Shown here in pieces: positions 1 through 9,996 of a stretch of DNA of 64,000 nucleotides; the stretch's first letter is position 1, and the number at the start of each line of letters is the position of its first letter. A program made the position numbers and the translations under genes. The stretch is from Gammaproteobacteria bacterium 54_18_T64 (GTDB taxonomy: Bacteria; Pseudomonadota; Gammaproteobacteria; Pseudomonadales; Porticoccaceae): assembly GCA_002162825.1 (NCBI GenBank), contig MAAU01000011.1, positions 27,573 to 91,572 of the forward strand, read 5' to 3'. The notes below the pieces were generated by a model that saw nothing but the letters and a program-made list of their open reading frames with translations, was not told the DNA's origin and ran no database searches.

Positions 1-145
1 TTATCTTGGTGACTATCCAATACTGCAGTTCCATTGTGTTTTCAGGCTTCCGCCATACACTGAAAAAATTAAAATCACTATCGCTAGGCAAAGCCTGTAA
101 CCACTTCACGAGCGTCTCGCATATAAACACGAAGAGCTGAGGCAT
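1..145 (-). CDS. hypothetical protein, N-terminal fragment; the ORF continues past the left edge
   Basis: ATG at 145-143 is directly preceded by in-frame TAG/TGA. 48 sense codons run to the window edge (MPQLFVFICETLVKWLQALPSDSDFNFFSVWRKPENTMELQYWIVTKI...). No clear SD and no family recognised. The region looks AT-richer than the rest of the window. Confidence 0.25.
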   Translation of the reverse strand, partial: MPQLFVFICETLVKWLQALPSDSDFNFFSVWRKPENTMELQYWIVTKI

Positions 146-401
146 AATTGTCTATCAGAGGGTCTCGAGTCAACCACGTGAAGGCCAGCGACGAACCGCA
201 GGGGATCACCATTGCTTGTAAATGTGACAAGCGTTTTAAAGCAGGAAATCAATCCTGCTCATATAGCACCATGGTACATTTAACAACAGCGATAAATATC
301 ACCCAGCATCGGCGCAGTTGGCGCCGAAACCTAGACGTACAAATACCTGAAAGATAGCAACACAGCTGAAACTAACAGGCCTTCTAGGTGGCTCATGATC
401 T

Positions 402-430
402 TTTATAAGAGCTGACACTGCCTGTATCAA
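402..430 (-). promoter_or_regulatory. sigma70-like promoter (TTGATA-17 nt-TATAAA) reading toward lower coordinates
   Basis: The reverse complement of 425-430 is TTGATA and of 402-407 is TATAAA, with an exact 17-nt spacer. An ATG (396-394) lies 5 nt after the -10 hexamer. Confidence 0.35.
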
Positions 431-550
431 GCACGGACAGCCCCTACTGGGATAAAGCCCTACCCCAAAATCACGAGAGAATTTAACGCCTTGTTTTCAT
501 TCATTTATGGTTTTAAAGCACAACACAAGCATTAATAAAATAGCTGGATA

Positions 551-1270
551 TCAAATGTCAGCAGCAGCCCAGCCACATTGCCCAGAACTCGATTGATTGA
601 TTTGTTCAAGCTTTTGTCGATGCTGTACAAGCTCGGCATCACTTGCATGGATAACCTTGAGGGGCTGGCGCTGGGCGCTGAGGCGTCGAATGGCGGGTTC
701 CGTTTCACCTTCCTCACTGTCGGCCGCATCGCCGCCAAGTACAAGATCGACCTGCCCCCCGGTCATTAGCAAATAGACATCGGCGAGAATTTCGGAATCG
801 AGTAAGGCGCCGTGTAGGGTGCGCTGAGAGTTATCGACGCCGTAGCGCTTGCACAGAGCATCGAGGCTATTGCGCTGCCCTGGGTGCATTTGACGCGCCA
901 TGATGAGGGTGTCGACTATGCCCGAGTGATTTTCAAGGGGCCGGTACCGGCCAGCTAGCTTGTCCAGTTCGGCATTGAGAAAGCCGACATCAAAGGGAGC
1001 ATTATGAATCACCAGTTCGGCACCGCTGACGAAGTCAATAAACTCCTCAGCGACCTGAGCAAAGAGAGGTTTATCCGCCAAATCCTCATTGCTGATGCCG
1101 TGTACCTCCATCGCCCCAGCATCGATCTCTCTCTGTGGATTGATGTAGCGATGGAAGTGACGCCCGGTCAGCTTGCGGTTAATAATTTCGACGCAGCCAA
1201 TTTCAATAATGCGGTGGTCGAGGGCGACTTCCAGGCCCGTAGTTTCCGTATCTAGTACAACTTGTCTCAC
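551..1270 (-). CDS. dnaQ: DNA polymerase III subunit epsilon (proofreading exonuclease)
   Basis: 239 aa with DEDDh motifs [21 protein letters not shown] and [15 protein letters not shown]. The GTG start overlaps the rnhA stop (GTGA). Confidence 0.95.
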   Translation of the reverse strand: MRQVVLDTETTGLEVALDHRIIEIGCVEIINRKLTGRHFHRYINPQREIDAGAMEVHGISNEDLADKPLFAQVAEEFIDFVSGAELVIHNAPFDVGFLNAELDKLAGRYRPLENHSGIVDTLIMARQMHPGQRNSLDALCKRYGVDNSQRTLHGALLDSEILADVYLLMTGGQVDLVLGGDAADSEEGETEPAIRRLSAQRQPLKVIHASDAELVQHRQKLEQINQSSSGQCGWAAADI

Positions 1271-1710
1271 GCTTGCTCCGGTAATTCGTCGATGCCCTGA
1301 TTGGCAAGTTCGTCGGCAATGTCATTTTCCCGGTGGCCACTATGACCCTTCACCCAGTGCCAATTGACCTCATGTCGCGCCGCTTGTTGATCCAGTAATT
1401 GCCATAAATCCTTATTCTTTACAGGCTTTTTGGCCGCTGTTTTCCAGCCCCTGGCCTTCCAGCCCTGCAACCACTCGGTGATACCCTTGCGTACATATTG
1501 GGAATCCGATGTCAGGTCAATTTGACAGCGTTCACTCAGTGCTTCCAGACCGCGAATGGCCGCCAACAACTCCATGCGATTATTGGTGGTATGGGTCTCG
1601 CCCCCGTACAACGGTTTTTCAATACCGTTGTAGCGCAGCAGTACCCCCCAGCCCCCGGGCCCTGGATTGCCGCGACAGGCGCCGTCGGTAAAAATTTCTA
1701 CAGCCTTCAT
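1267..1710 (-). CDS. rnhA: ribonuclease HI
   Basis: Homologue-like start [22 protein letters not shown] at the ATG at 1710, trimmed from the longer track ORF. C-terminal motif [18 protein letters not shown] overlap with the upstream methyltransferase stop. Confidence 0.95.
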   Translation of the reverse strand: MKAVEIFTDGACRGNPGPGGWGVLLRYNGIEKPLYGGETHTTNNRMELLAAIRGLEALSERCQIDLTSDSQYVRKGITEWLQGWKARGWKTAAKKPVKNKDLWQLLDQQAARHEVNWHWVKGHSGHRENDIADELANQGIDELPEQA

Positions 1711-2507
1711 TTCTCGATACCCTGTTTTTTGTGGCAACTGTCCGCTGCCTGTACTTGCTTGAGGCCCACCAACGAACCCGCTTTGATCGGTGACCACGAG
1801 CGCGTACGAATGGGCCGCAATGGCGTCACCAATTTTTGCGCAACGATTATATAAAAGGCGCCACGACTAAAATACTTGGCGCTGAGCTGTTGCTGCCAGG
1901 TCGCCGTGGAATCCCTCGTTTCACCCGAGTCAATTGCCGCACTATCAGTAATATAAAAGCCCAATAGCTGTAACCAGTCGACAACCCTACCCCTCCTCAA
2001 ACTATTGTGCCGCCACACTGCCTTGTCCGAAAAAATAGCCCCCGGCCACTTATAAAGACCAAAAAGACTCAGTGGATTAAAGCCAACAATAACAATATGC
2101 CCACCCGCAGTAACCAGCCTCGCCGCTTCAATCAAGGCCCCGTGCGGGTGACTGGAAAAATCAAGGACATGATGTAATAAGACAATGTCAATGGTATCCG
2201 ATGGCAATGGCACGGCCTCAAACTCACACTGACAGGCAGCTGCGTCATGGGCACGGGACAAAATAAACTTATGGCTAGGCTGGAGTTTGTCGAGAAAACT
2301 GTGCCTAGGTGAGACCGCCAGCTGTGCCAGGCGATACCCAAAGGTCTGCCTTAAAACCTGCTCACAAAGTGCTTTCTGACGTCGATAAAGGTTTTCACCA
2401 AAGCTGTCATCAAACCAGGTCGCTAGTTGATCCTGAACTAGTGGCAGGGGCGCAAGCTGATATTTCCGTTCAAGCAAATATCGAAAGCTTAAGCGATCTT
2501 TACTCAA
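1707..2507 (-). CDS. class I SAM-dependent methyltransferase, YafS-like
   Basis: 266 aa with methyltransferase-fold core ([12 protein letters not shown]..., [11 protein letters not shown]). It occupies the position between rnhA and gloB that yafS holds in E. coli. Confidence 0.75.
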   Translation of the reverse strand: MSKDRLSFRYLLERKYQLAPLPLVQDQLATWFDDSFGENLYRRQKALCEQVLRQTFGYRLAQLAVSPRHSFLDKLQPSHKFILSRAHDAAACQCEFEAVPLPSDTIDIVLLHHVLDFSSHPHGALIEAARLVTAGGHIVIVGFNPLSLFGLYKWPGAIFSDKAVWRHNSLRRGRVVDWLQLLGFYITDSAAIDSGETRDSTATWQQQLSAKYFSRGAFYIIVAQKLVTPLRPIRTRSWSPIKAGSLVGLKQVQAADSCHKKQGIEK

Positions 2508-2591
2508 AACCTTACCTCCCTATAATGACTTGTCGAGCAAGGCATCTTATCATGGCGCAAAATACCCTGAAAAGTCATCGGAGAATACAAA

Positions 2592-3374
2592 ATGCCCCTT
2601 ATTATTCACACCATCCCGGCTTTTCAGGACAACTATTTATGGCTCTTTCACCTGAGTGGCGAGCGTGCCGCCTTTGTTGTCGACCCGGGCGATGCGCTCC
2701 CGGTACTCAAATGCTTAGAACAACACGACCTAGAACTAGCAGGAATACTCATCACCCACCATCACCCGGATCACACCGGTGGTATCAAAGCCCTGCTCAC
2801 CCAATATGACGTGCCGGTCTACGGCCCCGATTCGGCCAATATTCCACAGATCACACAACAGCTCGGTGAAGGCGATAATATTACCCTGGCAGGCACTAAC
2901 TTTTCAGTACTGGAAATACCCGGCCATACCCTCGACCACATTGCCTACCACGCTGCTCCCAATGGCGGAAACCCGCTGGTTTTTTGCGGCGATACACTTT
3001 TCAGCGCCGGGTGTGGCCGCCTTTTTGAGGGCAGTCCACAACAAATGTACCAGTCACTACAGAAACTCGCGGCCCTGCCCGACGCGACACAAATTTATTG
3101 CGCCCATGAATACACCTTGAGCAACCTGGCTTTTGCCACTGCTGTCGAACCTGACAGTCAGGCGCTAAAGGAAAAAATTGTTGCCGATACCCAAAAGCGA
3201 GAACAAGGACTACCGACCATACCTACCACTCTCGGTATCGAGCGAGAAACCAACCCCTTTTTACGCTGTCATTTACCCCCTGTCGCCCAGGCAGCAACGC
3301 AACACGGCGCCCGTCAATTACAGAGCCCGATTGAAGTTTTACAGGAAATCCGTCTCTGGAAGGACAATTTCTAA
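2592..3374 (+). CDS. gloB: hydroxyacylglutathione hydrolase (glyoxalase II)
   Basis: 260 aa. N-terminus IPAFQDNYLWLF and metallo-beta-lactamase motif ITHHHPDHTGG. GGAGAA SD lies upstream of the ATG. Confidence 0.95.
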   Translation: MPLIIHTIPAFQDNYLWLFHLSGERAAFVVDPGDALPVLKCLEQHDLELAGILITHHHPDHTGGIKALLTQYDVPVYGPDSANIPQITQQLGEGDNITLAGTNFSVLEIPGHTLDHIAYHAAPNGGNPLVFCGDTLFSAGCGRLFEGSPQQMYQSLQKLAALPDATQIYCAHEYTLSNLAFATAVEPDSQALKEKIVADTQKREQGLPTIPTTLGIERETNPFLRCHLPPVAQAATQHGARQLQSPIEVLQEIRLWKDNF

Positions 3375-3490
3375 AGCTTGAGAGCCACCTCAGCTTCCAG
3401 GTGTGAGGGCTTTCTTAAGCGCCCAATATAGGCAATTCTCACCCCCTTTTTTAATCGAAATAATGTCTGCTTTTGCAGTTTCGGGTCGTT

Positions 3491-5023
3491 ATGAAATATT
3501 CATCCCTCACTTTTACTGTGAGCCTCTGTTTACTAGTGGGCTGTGCTCAGCAAGCCTCGAATCCCATCTCTATAGAACACCAAACTCCTCTCGTATCTAG
3601 TAATAGCGATAAAGCCACAGTCGACGCTGAGAGCAAAACCTCTGATAGCCAAATCACAAGCAAAAATAATGTAGAAACCACACCGATAACTATAGAGCGG
3701 CCCCTTAACGCCTGGCAAACAATCGCACAAAGCGAAGGCGTACTTCGCGAAGTCGACAACGCGGAGGTCGAAAAATATCGTAAGAACTATACAGGTAAGC
3801 AGCGTTACATCGACCGTCTTAGTTCCCGGACCGAGCTATACATGGCCCACATCATTGCTCAGCTACAAGGCAACGACCTGCCTCTGGAATTAGCCCTGCT
3901 GCCTTTTGTCGAAAGCGCCTACAATCCCTTTGCCTATTCGCCCAGCGGTGCCGCCGGCCTGTGGCAATTTATGCGTCCCACCGGGGACTATCTGGGCTTA
4001 AAACGCAACCACTGGTATGACGGACGACGCGATGTTATCAGCTCGACCGATGCCGCCATCCGCTATTTTAAATACCTGAACAAACGTTTTAAGGGCGATT
4101 GGTTGCTGACACTCGCCGCCTATAATGCCGGCGAAGGAACCGTCTCCAAAGCCATACAAGCAAATCTACGCCGCGGTAAGGCCACCGATTTCTGGGCTCT
4201 GCGCCTACCTGCAGAAACTCGCGCCTATGTGCCAAAATTAATTGCCCTGGCCCAGGTGACCGCCTCACCCGCGGACTATGCTTTGGTCCTACCAAATATT
4301 TCCACTGAAATTTATTTTAAAATGGTCGACCTACCCCAACAAATCGACCTCTATCAGGTCAGCTTACTCGCTAAAATGAGTGTTGATAAAGTCTATCGAC
4401 TCAACCCTGGCTACCAGCAAACAGCTACTCCCCCAGGGGGCCCCCACCGTCTATTGATCCCCCGAGGAAAAGTGGCCGGCTTTGAGACGCGATTGCACAA
4501 CACACCGAAAGATCGCTGGCTTGATATTCAACAATACAAAGTGCAACAAGGGGATACCCTGGGACTAATTGCCCAAAACCACGGACTCAGTGTACAGGCA
4601 CTGATGTCGCAAAACACCATGAGTTCGAGCCGAATCCGAGCCGGCCAGACCTTGAAAGTTCCGAACATTAACCGGGGTCAGCTGCCGAGTTTTGCACGGC
4701 CCACTCAGTACTACAGGGTTCGTCCGGGCGACAGCTTGTGGAAAATTGCCAGGGCCTATCGAGTAAAAACCCAACAACTAGCACGCTGGAATGGTCTGAA
4801 CCCGAATGCGCCCTTAAAGATCGGCAAACGCCTGAAGGTACGGGCCGCCAAGCCTGTGGACGTCAACAGTCGCCTCAGTTATAAAATCAAAAAGGGTGAT
4901 TCCCTATCTCTGATCTCGAAGCAATTCAAAGTTAGTATTAGCGATATTGTGCGCTGGAATAAGCTCAACAAACAGGGGCTAATCAAAGCAGGACAAACCT
5001 TAAGCCTCTTTCCCCGCTCCTAG
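3491..5023 (+). CDS. mltD: membrane-bound lytic murein transglycosylase D (lipoprotein, SLT domain plus 3 LysM)
   Basis: Lipobox MKYSSLTFTVSLCLLVGC. SLT core ESAYNPFAYSPSGAAGLWQF. Three LysM repeats (YKVQQGDTLGLIA, YRVRPGDSLWKIA, YKIKKGDSLSLIS). The ATG at 3491 is preferred over the TTG at 3473. Confidence 0.9.
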   Translation: MKYSSLTFTVSLCLLVGCAQQASNPISIEHQTPLVSSNSDKATVDAESKTSDSQITSKNNVETTPITIERPLNAWQTIAQSEGVLREVDNAEVEKYRKNYTGKQRYIDRLSSRTELYMAHIIAQLQGNDLPLELALLPFVESAYNPFAYSPSGAAGLWQFMRPTGDYLGLKRNHWYDGRRDVISSTDAAIRYFKYLNKRFKGDWLLTLAAYNAGEGTVSKAIQANLRRGKATDFWALRLPAETRAYVPKLIALAQVTASPADYALVLPNISTEIYFKMVDLPQQIDLYQVSLLAKMSVDKVYRLNPGYQQTATPPGGPHRLLIPRGKVAGFETRLHNTPKDRWLDIQQYKVQQGDTLGLIAQNHGLSVQALMSQNTMSSSRIRAGQTLKVPNINRGQLPSFARPTQYYRVRPGDSLWKIARAYRVKTQQLARWNGLNPNAPLKIGKRLKVRAAKPVDVNSRLSYKIKKGDSLSLISKQFKVSISDIVRWNKLNKQGLIKAGQTLSLFPRS

Positions 5024-5065
5024 TAATATCCCCTGGTAACGCCAAACAACCACACCTGATGGCCT

Positions 5066-6940
5066 TTACTTATCCATTTTCACTGTTGCCTCGGCCAGAA
5101 TTAATGACTCATAGCCCTGGTATTCACGCTGCGCCAGGGTACGACTGGCAGACTTAGCCAAACTATTCCGTCGAGACTCTGGGATACTAGCCAATTGACC
5201 CGACTCAAGACCGGTCAGAGAAAGCACAACGTAATCACCATTAGCGAGACCAAAAGCACTTGCCAATGGCAAGGTGCTGGTCGCAGGCAAACTAAAAGCG
5301 TGATCTCTAATGGCGCCATCGACACGGTTATCGAAACGTGTGGTATCAAGACTGACTTGCCATGCCAGGCCTTCGGCATTGGCAATACTCTCTATACTCT
5401 TACCTGCCGCAATTTTCGCCTGCAATGCATCCGCTCGCACCGTCAGACTCAGTTGTGCCGCCGTCCGTTGCAATTGGCTAGTAATATCGGGTGTCGCCTC
5501 CTCCAGTGAGCGATAGCCCGCCGGATAATGTTTGCGAATTTTGAGCACGGCTACTCCAGCCTCACCGAGTTCGACAATATCACTGGTATAACCATTACTT
5601 AGCACATCATCGGCAAAGGCTGCACTGACCACACCTGGATAGGCCGCCAGGCCTGTACCGCCACTGCGAGTAAAAGCAGCACTCGTGTTAACACTGAGCC
5701 CCATAAGTTCGGCGGGTTCGGTGAGAGTTTCGGCGTTGTAAGACAACTCCCGCAACTGCTCAATCTTCTCAGGCAGTAACTCGGCCGCCAGCTGACGCTG
5801 TAACTCCAGCTCAATAGTTGCCTTTTCGGTGTCAAAAACGAGTGGCTCACTAACTTCTAATTCGGTGAGGCGAATCAGGTGAACACCGCTATCGGTTTCG
5901 ACCGGGGCAGACACTTCGCCTTTGGAAAGGCCAAGCAGGGCTGTTTCGAATTGCTCAGGGAAAGCGCCAGTATCAAAAAACCCAAGATCACCACCTTGCT
6001 CAGAACTGCCTAGATCATCGCTGTACTGCTGTGCCAGTGCATCGAATACACTACCACTACTTAGCTTTTGCTGAATCTCCGCAATTTCCGCCAGGTGGCT
6101 ATCGTCGGCTTCGACCTCAATCAAAATATGCGCCACTCGGCGTCGTGCTGAAGCCTGGCGGGCTGCCTGTCGGGCATCAAATAATTCACGCACCATCTCT
6201 TCGTCAACATCCACCTGAGCGAGCAGGTCATCTATCGCTAGTTGAATATACTCGAGCTCTACGCTCTCTTCAGTGGCGAACTCTTCTCTGCGAGCCGTAT
6301 AGAAAGCTTTGATTTCATCGGCGCTTACAGTCGCCGTCGCAACCAGGGGAGCAATGGGAAGCGTTAAATAGTAATAGTTACGACGTTGCTCAAAGATTCT
6401 GGCCGCCAACTCTAAGTCGGCATCGGTGACAAAGCCCGTATCCGTGACACCACTGGCAAATTGGCTGAGTAATAAGCCATTGTTCATGTAAGTGTGATGC
6501 TCCCTCGGGGTATAACCCATTTGCCGAATCGCAAATTCATATTTATCTCGATCAAACTTACCGGCGCTTTGGTAGACATCAACCGTTTGCAGTAGGGAGG
6601 CAATGGTTACCGGGGATACACCCATTTGCGTTGATTGTGCTGTCAATTCCGCAGCCTTCTCCCTGATCAAACGCTGTCTAACTGGCCCTCTGAGTATCGT
6701 ATCATCGAGCAATGCGGGGTCGATATCACCCAGTTGCTGTAGCAGGCGTTGCTTATGGATCGCCAGAGCGCGGTCGACCACCAGGCGAGAAATACTATGC
6801 CCATCGACTTCCAGCTCGGCATCACTTGCCGGGCTATTGGAAAAAATCGAATCAATGCCGACGAAAGCAAATGGCACAATGATCAAAATAACAATGAAAA
6901 AAGCGATACCCTTCATGCCTTCACGGAAATCTTGCAACAT
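5066..6940 (-). CDS. ppiD: periplasmic chaperone / peptidyl-prolyl isomerase PpiD
   Basis: 624 aa with an N-terminal TM segment (IAFFIVILIIVPFAFVG) and a parvulin-like segment (GGDLGFF). Conserved position next to hupB-lon. Confidence 0.9.
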   Translation of the reverse strand: MLQDFREGMKGIAFFIVILIIVPFAFVGIDSIFSNSPASDAELEVDGHSISRLVVDRALAIHKQRLLQQLGDIDPALLDDTILRGPVRQRLIREKAAELTAQSTQMGVSPVTIASLLQTVDVYQSAGKFDRDKYEFAIRQMGYTPREHHTYMNNGLLLSQFASGVTDTGFVTDADLELAARIFEQRRNYYYLTLPIAPLVATATVSADEIKAFYTARREEFATEESVELEYIQLAIDDLLAQVDVDEEMVRELFDARQAARQASARRRVAHILIEVEADDSHLAEIAEIQQKLSSGSVFDALAQQYSDDLGSSEQGGDLGFFDTGAFPEQFETALLGLSKGEVSAPVETDSGVHLIRLTELEVSEPLVFDTEKATIELELQRQLAAELLPEKIEQLRELSYNAETLTEPAELMGLSVNTSAAFTRSGGTGLAAYPGVVSAAFADDVLSNGYTSDIVELGEAGVAVLKIRKHYPAGYRSLEEATPDITSQLQRTAAQLSLTVRADALQAKIAAGKSIESIANAEGLAWQVSLDTTRFDNRVDGAIRDHAFSLPATSTLPLASAFGLANGDYVVLSLTGLESGQLASIPESRRNSLAKSASRTLAQREYQGYESLILAEATVKMDK

Positions 6941-6991
6941 TTTTTATTCCCCTAGCCTTCTACAAAAAAGCCCTAAACTAACAAACAGCCT

Positions 6992-7027
6992 GAGCTAAAA
7001 AGAAGAAAGGCGCATCAATGCGCCTTT
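6992..7027 (-). terminator. rho-independent terminator downstream of hupB
   Basis: The minus strand reads AAAGGCGCA-TTGA-TGCGCCTTT followed by CTTCTTTTT. It lies 40 nt after the hupB stop. Confidence 0.6.
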
Positions 7028-7067
7028 CCGTACTACTTATTTAAACTACTTCAAAGCAGTAATTGAC

Positions 7068-7343
7068 TTAACTATTGACTGCTTCTTTTAACGCTTTGCC
7101 GGCCTTGAAACCAGGTACATTAGCCGCTGAAATTTGAATTTCAGCGCCAGTCTTGGGGTTGCGCCCCTTTCTTGCAGGTCTATGTTTGACCGCAAAGGTA
7201 CCAAAGCCAACCAGCGAAACCGGATCACCTTTTTGTAATGATGTGGTAATCGCTTCTACAACTGCGTCCAGTGCTCTTCCTGCCGACATTTTCGATAAGT
7301 CTGCTGATTCCGCAATTGCGTCGATAAGCTCCGATTTATTCAC
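7068..7343 (-). CDS. hupB: DNA-binding protein HU-beta
   Basis: GTG start gives (M)[17 protein letters not shown]...; 91 aa. GAGGG SD lies upstream. The track ORF is extended by 14 spurious codons. Confidence 0.95.
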   Translation of the reverse strand: MNKSELIDAIAESADLSKMSAGRALDAVVEAITTSLQKGDPVSLVGFGTFAVKHRPARKGRNPKTGAEIQISAANVPGFKAGKALKEAVNS

Positions 7344-7454
7344 ATTAAACCCCTCTAAATTTGATTGAATATTGTACAGCCCCAATGATGCATATGCGGG
7401 GACGAGACTTTATACCAACCGCTCAGAGAGCGGTCAAGCACGCAGTCTGATATT

Positions 7455-9881
7455 TTAGTGTGTACTAATACGCGATGTCGATTGTTCACCATCCGGCGAC
7501 AGGTTTGAGTCCTCAGATTTGCGGTATTCTTCATCAGACAGTGGCTTTGGCATTTTTTGCAAAGCCAGTTCCAGCACTTCATCCACCCATTTCACCGGGT
7601 GAATCGTTAAATCGGCCTTAATATTGTCGGGTATTTCCTTTAAATCCCGCTCGTTCTCTTTCGGAATAATCACTTCCGTGATACCACCACGGTGGGCGGC
7701 CAGGAGTTTTTCTTTAAGACCACCAATTTTCAACACCTGGCCACGCAATGTAATTTCTCCGGTCATCGCCACCGCAGCACGCACCGGGATTTCGGTCAAC
7801 ACCGAAACCAGGGCTGTACACATGGCGATACCCGCACTGGGGCCATCTTTGGGAGTCGCGCCCTCGGGCACATGGATATGCAAATCATAATTGCGATGAA
7901 AGTCACGATGGATACCCAGGACCTGAGAGCGGCTGCGAACAACCGTCAAGGCGGCCTGGATGGATTCCTGCATAACGTCACCCAGGGAACCTGTTTTTAC
8001 GATAGCACCCTTACCTGGCACCGCTGCGGACTCAATGGTCAACAACTCTCCACCGACAGAGGTCCATGCCAGCCCTGTAACCTGGCCCACCTGGTTCTGG
8101 TCTTCCGCACGACCGAAATCGAACTTGCGTACACCCAGCATCTCCTCGAGCTCGGCTGAACCCACTGTGATCAGCCCCTGATTTGCATCTTTGGCATAAC
8201 CGGTGACCACTTTGCGGCAAATCTTGGCAATCTCTCGCTCCAGGCCACGCACACCCGCCTCTCGAGTGTAGTAACGCACAATATCAAGGATGGCACCTTC
8301 CTCGAGGACAAGCTCACCTACTTTTAAGCCGTTGGCTTTACGCTGTTTGGGCAATAGGTACTTCAATGCAATATTCGCTTTTTCTGCCTCGGTATACCCC
8401 GGAATGCGGATCACTTCCATACGATCGAGTAAAGGGCCCGGAATATTCATCGAGTTTGAGGTGCAGATAAACATCACCTCTGACAGGTCGTAATCGACCT
8501 CCAAATAATGATCGTTAAAACTGTTGTTCTGCTCCGGATCCAGGACTTCCAATAGTGCCGAAGAGGGGTCACCGCGATGATCCATGCCCAACTTATCGAC
8601 TTCATCCAGGAGGAAAAGAGGGTTTTTAACGGTTGTCTTGGATATTTTTTGTATCAACTTACCCGGCAAAGAACCGATATAGGTTCTGCGGTGGCCCCGT
8701 ATCTCCGCTTCGTCACGGACACCACCGAGAGACATGCGTACAAACTTGCGTCCCGTCGCTCGAGCAATTGACTCACCCAGCGAGGTCTTACCAACGCCCG
8801 GAGGGCCGACCAGACACAACACCGGACCCTTAAGTTTTTTGACTCGACTTTGCACCGCGAGAAACTCGAGGATGCGCTCTTTAACTTCATCCAGGCCGTA
8901 GTGGTCTTCATTGAGAATCTTTTCGGCCAGAACCAGATCATGACGTACCTTGGAGCGCTTTTTCCAGGGCACACTGACCATCCAGTCAAGGTAGCTGCGC
9001 ACCACAGATGCCTCTGCCGACATCGGCGACATCATTTTTAATTTATTAAGCTCCGCAGTGGCCTTCTTCAAAGCCTCTTTGTGCATACCCACTTCTTTGA
9101 TGCGAGTTTCAAGCTGCTCGAGCTCATTGGGCACATCATCAATCTCCCCCAGCTCTTTTTGAATCGCCTTCATTTGCTCGTTGAGGTAATACTCGCGCTG
9201 GCTCTTCTCCATCTGCTTTTTGACACGACCGCGAATACGCTGCTCGATTTGAGCGATATCAAGCTCAGACTCCATCAAGATTAGCAGGTGTTCAATACGC
9301 AGTTTCTCATCACTGATTTCCAACACCTCCTGCTTTTGCTCGAGGGTCAGTGTCATGTGAGTTGCCACGGTATCGGCGAGACGCCCAGGCTCGTCAATAC
9401 CAGCGACCGTTGTCACCACCTCTGAAGGGATTTTTTTATTCAGGCCCACATATTCTTCAAAGGCATTAACCAGCGTTCTAACCAGTGCATCTTGCTCACC
9501 TTGCTCAGCAATTTCACTGTCAATCACCGAGTAATCGGCAACAAAATATCCATTGTCTTCCACAATAGTATCTATATTGACGCGCTCAGACCCTTCCACC
9601 AACACCTTAACCGTGCCGTCTGGCAACTTCAGTAGCTGCAAGATCGTGGCAACGGTGCCAATTTCATAGACGTCTGACGGGCCTGGGTCATCACAGGCAG
9701 CATCGCGCTGAGCAACCAAAACAATTTTTTTGTGCTCCGCCATCGTATCGTCTAGTGCAAGAATTGATCGTTCTCGACCGACAAACAGTGGCACCACCAT
9801 TTGCGGGAAAACCACTACGTCTCGCAAGGGCAGCATTGGCAACCGTGTCAGCGATAAATCTTCTATTGTTTCCTGTCCCAT
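7455..9881 (-). CDS. lon: ATP-dependent Lon protease
   Basis: 808 aa. Walker [10 protein letters not shown] and catalytic serine context [11 protein letters not shown]. Confidence 0.97.
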   Translation of the reverse strand: MGQETIEDLSLTRLPMLPLRDVVVFPQMVVPLFVGRERSILALDDTMAEHKKIVLVAQRDAACDDPGPSDVYEIGTVATILQLLKLPDGTVKVLVEGSERVNIDTIVEDNGYFVADYSVIDSEIAEQGEQDALVRTLVNAFEEYVGLNKKIPSEVVTTVAGIDEPGRLADTVATHMTLTLEQKQEVLEISDEKLRIEHLLILMESELDIAQIEQRIRGRVKKQMEKSQREYYLNEQMKAIQKELGEIDDVPNELEQLETRIKEVGMHKEALKKATAELNKLKMMSPMSAEASVVRSYLDWMVSVPWKKRSKVRHDLVLAEKILNEDHYGLDEVKERILEFLAVQSRVKKLKGPVLCLVGPPGVGKTSLGESIARATGRKFVRMSLGGVRDEAEIRGHRRTYIGSLPGKLIQKISKTTVKNPLFLLDEVDKLGMDHRGDPSSALLEVLDPEQNNSFNDHYLEVDYDLSEVMFICTSNSMNIPGPLLDRMEVIRIPGYTEAEKANIALKYLLPKQRKANGLKVGELVLEEGAILDIVRYYTREAGVRGLEREIAKICRKVVTGYAKDANQGLITVGSAELEEMLGVRKFDFGRAEDQNQVGQVTGLAWTSVGGELLTIESAAVPGKGAIVKTGSLGDVMQESIQAALTVVRSRSQVLGIHRDFHRNYDLHIHVPEGATPKDGPSAGIAMCTALVSVLTEIPVRAAVAMTGEITLRGQVLKIGGLKEKLLAAHRGGITEVIIPKENERDLKEIPDNIKADLTIHPVKWVDEVLELALQKMPKPLSDEEYRKSEDSNLSPDGEQSTSRISTH

Positions 9882-9928
9882 TTTTACCTCTTATTCCAGA
9901 TTATTACTGGTTCGGGTGAGTATCCTTG

Positions 9929-9956
9929 GTATGGGGCCAATTGCAGCAAATACAAG
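9929..9956 (-). promoter_or_regulatory. sigma32-type heat-shock promoter candidate for lon
   Basis: The minus strand reads CTTGTAT-13 nt-CCCCATAC, against the consensus CTTGAAA-N13/14-CCCCATNT. It lies about 48 nt upstream of the lon ATG. Confidence 0.45.
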
Positions 9957-9961
9957 TGCCC

Positions 9962-9995
9962 ATAAACAAAAACGGGCCTTTTAGGCCCGTTTTTG
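9962..9995 (-). terminator. rho-independent terminator after clpX
   Basis: ACGGGCC/GGCCCGT stem flanked by A and T runs (AAAAACGGGCCTAAAAGGCCCGTTTTTGTTTAT on the minus strand), starting 1 nt after the clpX stop. Confidence 0.7.
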
Positions 9996-9996
9996 T

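Noticed and set aside
205-272. tRNA-like impression: two adjacent stem-loops followed by ...GCACCA
   Set aside because: No acceptor-stem partner exists upstream. The putative anticodon loop (AAATGTG) and T-loop (AAATCAA) violate conserved tRNA positions (U33, T54-Psi55-C56). It is not a tRNA or an obvious tRNA remnant.
148-357. 69-aa plus-strand ORF in the left-edge region
   Set aside because: It has no SD, a Ser/Arg/Cys-rich composition with no recognisable fold, and it spans the hairpin-rich segment. It looks like a chance ORF.
7418-7434. Hairpin ACCGCTC-AGA-GAGCGGT after lon as a terminator
   Set aside because: No U-tract follows it on the minus strand. It could be a processing or stabilising structure, but the evidence is insufficient to call it a terminator.
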